A stretch of DNA of 64,000 nucleotides from an uncultured delta proteobacterium (lineage in GTDB: Bacteria; Myxococcota_A; Polyangia; Polyangiales; Polyangiaceae), in NCBI GenBank assembly GCA_963806225.1, contig CAWDXG010000004.1:1632001-1696000 (forward strand), read 5' to 3'. A model generated the notes under the pieces. It was given only the letters and a program-made list of their open reading frames with translations, ran no database searches and was not told the origin of the DNA. The first letter of the stretch is position 1. Each line of letters starts with the position of its first letter. A program made the translations under genes and the position numbers. Positions 21,516-29,460 of the stretch are shown here, piece after piece.

Positions 21516-22853
21516 ATGACCAGTACTCCCCGAAAGCGCCGGCGCATCCACCGGGTCGGCATCGTGTTCGCCGGTGGGCCGGCTCCGGCAGCCAATGCCG
21601 TGATCACCGCAGCAGCAACGTCGTTTCTCGAGAACGACCGCGAGGTGATCGGTTTCTTCCACGGCTACTCGCATCTGCAGGAGTACCACCCTGCCAGTCA
21701 TCGCCTGCTGCCGGACGAGCATTTCCGCGTCTTCGAGGAGCGCGACCTGCGAGGCAAGCGCAATGCGCGCGGCATCATGATCGGAACGGCACGCGCGAAT
21801 CCGGGCAAGGGTATCGACTGCCCGGCAGACCTCGACGACCACGACAAGACCGCACGCCTGCGCAAGGTGTACAACGCGCTGGTCGACCTCGAGCTCGACG
21901 CGCTCATCTCGATCGGCGGCGACGACACGCTGAAGACCGCCAACTTCCTGTACGAATACCAGAAACGGCTACCGGAAGAAGCCCCGCGGGTGCGCATCGT
22001 GCATCTGCCCAAGACGATCGACAACGACTACCGCGGCATCGATTTCACGTTCGGCTTCTTCACCGCGGTCGACGTGATGGCCAAGGAGCTACAGAACCTG
22101 CGCGCCGACGCCATCGCGACGGCCAGCTACTACATCGTCGAGACGATGGGACGCAAAGCCGGCTGGCTCTCCTATGGCGTCGCCATAGCCGGAGAGGCCA
22201 ACCTGGTGCTGGCGCCGGAGGACGTGGCGGGAGCACTCGCCATCGAGGTCGAGGTGACGGACCCGGATACCGGGGAGAAGCGCAAGGAGCAGCGCTTGTC
22301 GCTGCAGGCGCTCGCCGATCGTATCGTGGATCTGATCATCACCCGCGAACGCCGCGGCAAGCACTACGGCACGGTCGTCCTGGCCGAAGGCCTGGCCGAG
22401 GCGCTGCCGGACGAGCACGTCGAGGGAGTGCCCCACGACGAGCATGGCCACATCTCGCTGGGACGCGTCGATCTCGGCAAGTTCATCGCCGAGGTCGTCA
22501 GCGAACGCTACGAAGAGCGCACCGGCAAGAAGAAGAAGCTCACCGGCGTGCAGCTCGGCTACGAGTCACGTTGCTCGCCGCCGCACGCGTTCGACGTGAT
22601 GCTCGGTAGCCAGCTCGGCATCGGCGCCTACCGCGCGCTGGTCGAGGAAGGGCTGGACGGCCACATGGTCAGCGTCAGCGGTCAGCTCGACCTCATGTAC
22701 GTGCCGTTCAAGGAACTGGTGAATCCGGAGACGCTGCGCACCGACGTACGCTTCATCGAGCCGAACAGCGACTTCCACCGGCTGGCGCGCTTCCTCGAGA
22801 CACGGGTCGACCAGATCGAGGACTGGAGCACCGGCCCCCGCCCCGAGGACTGA
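21516..22853 (+). CDS. pfp: Phosphofructokinase, pyrophosphate-dependent signature
   Basis: AGGPAPAAN, IGGDDT, PKTIDND, ETMGR, LGYESR. Confidence 0.88.
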   Translation: MTSTPRKRRRIHRVGIVFAGGPAPAANAVITAAATSFLENDREVIGFFHGYSHLQEYHPASHRLLPDEHFRVFEERDLRGKRNARGIMIGTARANPGKGIDCPADLDDHDKTARLRKVYNALVDLELDALISIGGDDTLKTANFLYEYQKRLPEEAPRVRIVHLPKTIDNDYRGIDFTFGFFTAVDVMAKELQNLRADAIATASYYIVETMGRKAGWLSYGVAIAGEANLVLAPEDVAGALAIEVEVTDPDTGEKRKEQRLSLQALADRIVDLIITRERRGKHYGTVVLAEGLAEALPDEHVEGVPHDEHGHISLGRVDLGKFIAEVVSERYEERTGKKKKLTGVQLGYESRCSPPHAFDVMLGSQLGIGAYRALVEEGLDGHMVSVSGQLDLMYVPFKELVNPETLRTDVRFIEPNSDFHRLARFLETRVDQIEDWSTGPRPED

Positions 22854-22953
22854 GCGGCCTCCCCGCGCAGCGTCATCCCTCCGTACGTGGCCCGGCTCTT
22901 GCTACGGGGCCTGTGGGGCGTGCCCGCCGGAAGCGGGAACGAGGAGGGACCAC

Positions 22954-23408
22954 ATGACTGTAGCAATTGCGTGTCATGACGTGATGAAGCCCGAGGTGTT
23001 CACCTGCGGACCCGGAAACGTTCGATCCGGGCGTGCGCGAAGCTCATGGCGGAGCACAGCGTCGGCATCGTGCCCGTCGTCGAGGACAACGGCCGGCTCG
23101 CGGGGGTGGTCACCGATCGCGACATTGCCGTGCGTGCCGTCGCGCAGGGGCGAGCGGCAGAGAGTACCGTCGCCGCGATCATGACGCGCGACGTCGTCAC
23201 GTGCCGCCAGGACGACTCGCTGCACCACGTCGAGGAAAGGCTCACACAGGCCCGGAAGTCGCGGATCGTGGTCATCGACTCGTGGAACAACCCGGTCGGC
23301 ATCGTGAGCCTGTCGGACATCGGTCGCGTGGAGGACGCAGCCCGCGCCGGAGAGGTGTTCAAGGCCGTCGTGACACGCGAGGCCACGGGACTCCTGGCGC
23401 GGAAATAG
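22954..23408 (+). CDS. CBS-pair protein; frameshift near 23020
   Basis: MTVAIACHDVMKPEVFTC joins CAKLMAEHSVGIVPVV..GVVTDRDI..GIVSLSDI. Confidence 0.85.
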
Positions 23409-23557
23409 CGGTCAACCGCCGCTGGCCGGAACGCGGCGACGCAGCGAAAGCGTTTCGTGCGCTTCGATACCGGAACGCAGGGACTGCGCGCCGGCTTGCG
23501 CACCGGAAGCCCTCTCACCGACAAGCCTTCCGACCCGGCACGCGCGAGGCCGATCGA

Positions 23558-23577
23558 TCGTGGAGCCAGCTTCCGGA
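23558..23577 (-). repeat. att-like 20-bp direct repeat of the tRNA-Thr 3' end
   Basis: TCGTGGAGCCAGCTTCCGGA is identical at 23558-23577 and 27396-27415. Confidence 0.9.
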
Positions 23578-23617
23578 GCGGCAGCCGCTGGTCTGTGGGT
23601 TCGCGGCGTGAGGGCTC

Positions 23618-24592
23618 TCAGTCTTCGAGCCAGATCAGACCAACGTCCAGCTCCCTTCCGCACCCGTAGGAGGGGACCTCCACCATCTTGGTCGCCGTTT
23701 CGGCGCGTGAGCCGTCTTCCCAGCCGTTGAGCACCAGGATCTTCTCGTGGCCCTTGTTGGACGCGTCGTAGCCGACTGCCAGAACATAGTGCCACTTGGT
23801 GCACCGACCGCCAATGTCGACCTGGCGATCGTTGATCAGCATGATGGTCGGATACCCGGCATCGATGTTCTTGATGATCTGCTGGATGATCTTCTCGTGG
23901 CCGCGGAGCGCCTGCATTCGCTCCACCTCGAGCTTGTCCTTGTATCCGCGGTCCTTGACCCACTGCTTGATGCCGGCCTTGGCGAATTTGGCCGGGGTTG
24001 CGGTACCCTTGTCGCCGAAGCTGATGGCGTTCATCTTCCTCATCAGCTGACGAACGGTTGCGGTCGGCTTCGTCGCGCCGTTGTAGCCGCTGTCGATGAT
24101 CAGCTTGTTGTAGCCCTTGCCTTGCCAGTAGCTCATCAGCATCGCGCCAGCGACGGGCGCGCACCCCTCGAGCTTGCACGACTGGCGGCAATTGTTCCGG
24201 CATGCCCCAGTCTTGCAGGACTTGTTGCACCGCTTGCGCGCCTCGCACTCCTGGTTGACGGATGTTTGATCGATCGGCTGGATATTGGCGAGGACCGTGC
24301 GTCCGGCGCCCTGGACGCACGCCACGTAGTCCTGCCCCTTGCCGCCGAACTTCCTGCCGCGGATCCAGCCCTTTCCGCAGCCCGCGAGCCGCGCCTTGAT
24401 CACCTTGCAGCTTTCGCCTGCTCGCCGTCGCTCTGCACAATACTGTTCAGCGGCCTGCTTGTTTTTCGCCGACTCGCACTTCCGGTCGCACCCCGCCTCG
24501 GCTGTGCTCACTCCACCGGGGAGCGACAGGCTTGCCAGCGAGAAGGCAGACATCGCCAGCGCAACGGTCAGCACCTTTCCTGGAACAGACAT
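23618..24592 (-). CDS. Secreted papain-fold cysteine peptidase (C39-like/C10-like) with Cys-rich N-terminus
   Basis: Signal peptide ending AEA, EGCAPVAGAMLMSYW, WHYVLAVGYD, VLNGW. Confidence 0.75.
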   Translation of the reverse strand: MSVPGKVLTVALAMSAFSLASLSLPGGVSTAEAGCDRKCESAKNKQAAEQYCAERRRAGESCKVIKARLAGCGKGWIRGRKFGGKGQDYVACVQGAGRTVLANIQPIDQTSVNQECEARKRCNKSCKTGACRNNCRQSCKLEGCAPVAGAMLMSYWQGKGYNKLIIDSGYNGATKPTATVRQLMRKMNAISFGDKGTATPAKFAKAGIKQWVKDRGYKDKLEVERMQALRGHEKIIQQIIKNIDAGYPTIMLINDRQVDIGGRCTKWHYVLAVGYDASNKGHEKILVLNGWEDGSRAETATKMVEVPSYGCGRELDVGLIWLED

Positions 24593-24805
24593 GAGTCACT
24601 CCCCTCCATCCAGTGTGTGGCGGGTCGGAGCGCCCCCACAGGACCGCCCCGGACCGCGATGCCACCCTTGATTCGCGTTCGGCGTAGCCAACGTGCTGCG
24701 CCAGCTTCCCCAGCCACTTCCAGGCTGCCGGGCCCCCGCGGGATTGTCAACGCGTCGCGCTTCCGGGATGACCGCGGTCAACAGATCGTGCGCCGCACCT
24801 ACGCG

Positions 24806-24985
24806 CTACGGACTGATTCGCGACGGCTGCGCATAGGCCTCGAGCGCGTCTCGATCCGGTTCGAGCACGAAGCCGGAATGGATGACCGCGTCCGCTGCGG
24901 CGTCGTGCTGCTGCTGGTACGCGGCCCGCTTCGGGTAGAGCTCCGCGAGGCGCGTGCCCGGCAGCGGCTCGGTGGACCCGGGTAA
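24806..24985 (-). pseudogene. C-terminal fragment of an alpha/beta-hydrolase-domain protein
   Basis: GSTEPLPGTRLAELYPKRAAYQQQHDAAADAVIHSGFVLEPD resembles the L..LYP....Y......A....V..GF.L..D tail of that family; no N-terminus present. Confidence 0.5.
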
Positions 24986-25109
24986 CCTACACAAGAGGTC
25001 GTTCTTCGGTCCGCAGGATGACGGGCTTGCTGCGGATGCAGCAGGCTGGCGCAGCAAGGCTCGCGCCGCGCTGGCGGCTGTCAGGCGGGCTCCGTCCCGC
25101 CGGTGCAAC

Positions 25110-25260
25110 GTGCTCCACGCGATCTCCTATAGAAGCTCCGTCCAGTGTCCAGAATGCCTGCAACCGGTTCCGGTGAACCACTTGCCACCGGTCATGCTGT
25201 GCTCCCACTGCCAGGCGACGGTCGATCTGGTGCAGCGGGGGCGTGCCTCGATCGCGAGGG
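25110..25260 (+). pseudogene. Zinc-ribbon N-terminal fragment
   Basis: CPEC..CSHC pair, then collides with the converging gene. Confidence 0.4.
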
Positions 25261-27160
25261 CTAAGGGGTCCTGCAGACGGTGGCCTGGAACGTGCCGCGG
25301 AGCGCGGCGTGGCGGCGACTGCTCTTGCGCGACTGCACGACCGCACGGCCTTCGACCTTGCCGCCGGGCTTGAATGCGATGGAGTCGAACTGGATCCAGG
25401 CCGCATCGGCGTAGCTATCGAGCCCTTCGACGCGCGCGGGCTGCGGGGTGCCGAATAGCGGCGCGCCACTGTTGCTTCCGCCGGGAAAATCGAGACGGAG
25501 GAATGGATGAAGACTCGCGCACGTGGCGTGGGCATCGTCGAAGAAATCGACCGAATAGACGACGTCCGTGCCGTTCGCCTTCTCGCGCGACATCGACGCG
25601 TAGGCGACCTTGTACTTGTACGGAGCGCCGCCGATGGTTCCGCCAAGCGGCTTGTCCGGAGCCGTGGTGGGCAGGTTGTCCAGAGCGTCGAGCGCCGCCG
25701 GCTCGTCCACGCACAGCTGGACGGAGAATTCGCCGTCGACGGCGATCGGCTGGACGGGCGGGTGCTTGCCAACGTCGTCCTGGTACTTGAACGCCGCGTG
25801 CAGCGTACCGCGCAGGGTCGAGAAATCCGCAAGCGGCACCTGCTTCATGACGGCTTCCGCCTGGTCGCGCCAGAGCGCGACGGGTTGGATCGTGTGGCGG
25901 TCGAACGCCGGCGACCAGAGGTGGAGCGCGACGCCCACGTGTTGTCCCACGTAGAATTTCGACCCGGGCCCCGGGGGCACGAGGAAGGAGATGGCCGCTC
26001 CTCCATTGCGTGTCGGACCGGAGTCGGATCCCACGGCACTGCAGGCGAGATCGGCGGTGTCCGCGAGCGAGATCCAGACGCCCTCCGGTCGCAGACGCGC
26101 GCGGCCGTAGGCCAGCTTCATGGTCTTGCCGCTGACCGTCAGCTTGACGTCGGAACATCGACGGCACCTGCTCGCTCTCGTCCTTGGGGCAGACCTTGGC
26201 GGTGAAGTGCCCGCCCGCCACGCCTTGCTGCTGCGGTCCCGCGTTCGACGCGCTGTGGATCGAAAACGTGCCCTCCAGTTGCTTGCCGAACTGCCAGTCT
26301 CCCTTGTCGAACTGGACCCAACCGTCCGGAGGCGCAGGCGACCCCGATGGCCCCGGGACGTCGCCGAAGGTCAGGAGTGGCCCGCTCGCAGAGGCGCCTT
26401 TCAGCGACGCTTCGGCAGGCAGTGGCCGTCCCAGGGGCGCCGCCTTGCCGAGCGTACCGCCAATGTCCACCGAGAGGGCGAACGGCTCGACTCCAATCGA
26501 CACGGGGCTTGCCGCGCGGTGGGCCGATGCGTAGCAGGAGACGCGCTTGTCTCGCGAGAACAGCAGGCTGTCGACGAAGCGCTGGCCGTTGGCGTCCACG
26601 CCCACGGTGGCGATTGCCGAAGCGTAGCTGTGCGTCTTGCCCGCGAGGCTGGCGCTGACCTTTCCGGCGGGAGTCGCGAGCTTGCGCGATGCCGGAACGC
26701 TGCAGATCGGAACATCGAATCTGCCCCGCGCCGCAACTTTCTTCGATGGCACGTCGAATTCGACGCTGCCTGTCATGCGTTTGCCCGGCTGCGCCTGGAA
26801 CGCTTCGATGCGGGCAGTCGGAAAGCGATGCGGCACACCGACGACGGTCGAGCCCTGCTCCGCTATCGTCGTGTACCCCACCCGGTTTCCTGCGAAGAAG
26901 TGCCCGTCGCGACCCGGAGGGAGCAGCAGCCACAGGCTGGCCGCACCGTCTGGAGCGCGCTGTTGCTTGCACGACACCGGCTGTGCCGATAGCTCGAGCG
27001 CGAGCGCGTCGCCCTGGCGCCTGGCCCAACCGTAGAGGAGCTTGTGCTTCGCTCCAGCGAGCTCGAACTCCACGTTCGACCGCGGGGTGTTGTGGTGGCA
27101 GCCAGCCACCGTCACGCACGCGATCGCCAGCGCAGCCAACCACGCCCGGTTTCTCGACAT
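25261..27160 (-). CDS. Lipoprotein with two homologous halves; frameshift near 26150 (or two adjacent paralogous ORFs)
   Basis: Lipobox VAGC; KLLYGWAR..C..LLLPPGRDGHFFAGNRVG..WVQFD..F.AKVC is repeated as KLAYGRAR..C..FLVPPGPGSKFYVGQHVG..WIQFD..F.ATVC. Confidence 0.7.
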
Positions 27161-27398
27161 ACCCCGGTCGTCCTTCCGCCACCAAGGCGTGTCAACGACA
27201 TTGACATCACGCCACGACATCCCGGGAGCTGCGGTCGCGGTTTGCCGGGGGGCCCACGTCTTGCGGCGTCATCCCGGTCCCGCGACCGTGATCCCGATGA
27301 CCTGTGAGCCTGTGTCCCACCGGGACACTGTGTCCCGCTCTCTCTGTCCCCTCGCCTCCTCGCTCGATCGCGAAAGAGGCCTTCTTGATGCTGCTTCG

Positions 27399-27474
27399 TG
27401 GAGCCAGCTTCCGGACTTGAACCGGAGACCTGCGGTTTACGAAACCGCTGCTCTACCAACTGAGCTAAGCTGGC
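27399..27474 (-). tRNA. tRNA-Thr(CGT)
   Basis: GCCAGCTTAGCTCAGTTGGTAGAGCAGCGGTTTCGTAAACCGCAGGTCTCCGGTTCAAGTCCGGAAGCTGGCTCCA: full cloverleaf, anticodon CGT, encoded CCA. Confidence 0.97.
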
Positions 27475-27490
27475 GCTTACAGGGGGCGGG

Positions 27491-27518
27491 AGCATACGCG
27501 GGGCGCCCTCCGAGTCAA
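27491..27518 (-). promoter_or_regulatory. Sigma70-type promoter of tRNA-Thr
   Basis: TTGACT-N16-TATGCT followed by a GC-rich discriminator, ending 16 nt before the tRNA. Confidence 0.65.
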
Positions 27519-27565
27519 GCCGGACGGCAGCCCCCGCCGCCACGCGAAAGCAGCCCGGGGCTGAT

Positions 27566-27829
27566 ATGATGGCCGCTGTGAAACGGCCGCTTTCGCTCTG
27601 GCTTGCGCTCGGAGCTGGTCTCTCGTTGCTGGGCGGCTGCGTGCTCGGCAGCGAGCAGCCGCCAGGCTGCCGGGTGGACCACCCGGACGACTGCGATCCG
27701 GGTTTCGTGTGTCGCGCCGGCGCGTGTTTCCGCTACAACAACGAAGCCGGCAAGCCCATCGACCCTTCCAGGGACGGCGGTGCGGACGCCGCCACACCGG
27801 ATGCCACCGCCGATGCCACCGCCGGATAG
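27566..27829 (+). CDS. Small Cys-rich lipoprotein
   Basis: Lipobox LGGC, C-x6-C-x5-C-x4-C module, DGGADAA tail. Confidence 0.7.
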   Translation: MMAAVKRPLSLWLALGAGLSLLGGCVLGSEQPPGCRVDHPDDCDPGFVCRAGACFRYNNEAGKPIDPSRDGGADAATPDATADATAG

Positions 27830-29057
27830 CAGCGACACGAGCGGGAGCCACGCGCCCGTCGCCGGGTTCCAGTTCTCGGCGGCCTCCGCCGGCATCCGCC
27901 GGGACGGCCGCGAGGACGTCGCACTGGCCGTCGCGGACGCGTCTGCGGTCGTGGCCGGCATGCTCACGAGGAATCTGGTCCGGGCCGCTCCGGTCGACAT
28001 CGTCGCCGAGCGGCTGCAGGCGGGGAGCGCGCGCGCGATACTCGTCAACAGCGGCTGTGCCAACGCCTGCACCGGGCAGGCGGGGTTCGAGGCGACGCTC
28101 GCGTCCTGCGCCGCCGTCGCCCGCGAGCTGGGAATCGCCGAGCAGGAGGTGCTACCCGCATCCACCGGCGTGATCGGCGCGCTCCTGCCCGCCGAGCGCA
28201 TTGCCGCACGGGCGGGCGAGCTCGTCGCCGGACTGGCCCCAGGAGGCTTCCCCGGGTTCGCTCGCGCCATCGGAACCACCGATCGCTGGGAGAAGATCGC
28301 CCGGCGAACCATCAACGTGGCCGGCGGACAGGTGAGCGTTCTCGGCATCGCCAAAGGCGCCGGCATGATCCACCCGGACCTCGCTCCGGCGCGCGCGAGC
28401 AAAGCCCCGGCCGGTCCGCCCCACGCCACCATGCTGGCGTTCCTCTTCACCGATGCTGCCATCGGCCGCGACGAGCTCGAGCGCGCCCTGGCCGGCGCGG
28501 TGGACCGCAGCTTCAACGCCTGCAGCGTCGACGGTGACACGAGCACGAACGACTGCGTGCTGGCTCTGGCGTCCGGCGCGTCGCAGCTCGCGCTGGGCGC
28601 GAGCGACCTCGGGCCCGCGCTCGGCGAGGTGTGCAGCGAGCTGGCGCGTTCGATGGTCGCCGACGGCGAAGGCGCCGAGCATGTTGCCGAAATCCGCGTC
28701 GTGGGGCTCCCGAGCGAGCAGGAGGCGCGCCTCGTCGCGCGCACCGTGGCCACCTCCCTGCTCGTCAAGACGGCGCTCTACGGTCGGGATGCCAACTGGG
28801 GACGGCTTCTGGGAGCAGCGGGGCGCGCCGGCGTGGCTTTCGATCCTGCTCGCGCGCGGATTTCCATCGGCGGCATCGAGATCGTGCGCGCCGGCGTGGG
28901 CGTCGGAGGCGACGCCGAGAAGCGCGCCGCGGCGGTCATGGCCGGCAAGAGCTACGTGATCGAGCTCGGCCTCGGCGACGGCCCGGGCAGCTTCAGCTAC
29001 CTGACCAGCGACCTCGGCCACGGCTACGTCGACGTCAACGCGGGCTACCGGTCGTGA
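27801..29057 (+). CDS. argJ: Glutamate N-acetyltransferase/amino-acid acetyltransferase; start 27801 or 27813
   Basis: NSGCANACTG, STGVIG, KGAGMIHP, autocleavage ATML, DGDTSTND, DGEGA, DANWGR. Confidence 0.96.
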   Translation: MPPPMPPPDSSDTSGSHAPVAGFQFSAASAGIRRDGREDVALAVADASAVVAGMLTRNLVRAAPVDIVAERLQAGSARAILVNSGCANACTGQAGFEATLASCAAVARELGIAEQEVLPASTGVIGALLPAERIAARAGELVAGLAPGGFPGFARAIGTTDRWEKIARRTINVAGGQVSVLGIAKGAGMIHPDLAPARASKAPAGPPHATMLAFLFTDAAIGRDELERALAGAVDRSFNACSVDGDTSTNDCVLALASGASQLALGASDLGPALGEVCSELARSMVADGEGAEHVAEIRVVGLPSEQEARLVARTVATSLLVKTALYGRDANWGRLLGAAGRAGVAFDPARARISIGGIEIVRAGVGVGGDAEKRAAAVMAGKSYVIELGLGDGPGSFSYLTSDLGHGYVDVNAGYRS

Positions 29058-29416
29058 TCCGGGCCGCGAGCTTCCGTCCACTCGTGCTCGGCCTGCTGCT
29101 GGCGGCGGCACCCTGCGCCTGCGGCCCGATGCGCGGGACCATCGGCGCGGTGCTGGGCCAGACCCAGGACGGACGGCTCTTCGTGCGGGAGGTGCCGCCG
29201 GATCTGGCCGCCGCCAAGGCCGGGCTGCGCCCCGACGACCAGATCCTGCTGATCGACGGCAAGGACGTACGCATGCTGAGCACCAAGCAGATCCACCAGG
29301 CGCTTTCCGGGGACGTGGGCGACAAGGTCAAGCTGACCGTGCTCCGCGGCGAGCAGGTCGTCCGCGTGACGCTGGCGCGTTCGGCCGCGCCGCCCCTCGG
29401 CCACGCGGCTCGCTGA
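29054..29416 (+). CDS. PDZ-domain lipoprotein
   Basis: GTGA overlap with argJ; signal peptide, GTIGAVLG, AAKAGLRPDDQILLIDG, KVKLTVLRG. Confidence 0.8.
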   Translation: MIRAASFRPLVLGLLLAAAPCACGPMRGTIGAVLGQTQDGRLFVREVPPDLAAAKAGLRPDDQILLIDGKDVRMLSTKQIHQALSGDVGDKVKLTVLRGEQVVRVTLARSAAPPLGHAAR

Positions 29417-29460
29417 ACGGGCCCTCCCCTTGCGGCGCACGCTGCGCTAGCGTCGCCGGC

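Larger units (their letters stand above)
23558..27415. mobile_element. tRNA-Thr-integrated genomic islet without an integrase (remnant or satellite)
   Basis: Bounded by the 20-bp direct repeat; visibly more A/T-rich cargo and gene fragments inside. Confidence 0.75.

Noticed and set aside
24700..24709. GCCAGCTTCC here and at 32348 as extra att copies
   Set aside because: Only 10-12 bp of GC-rich identity; chance is likely.
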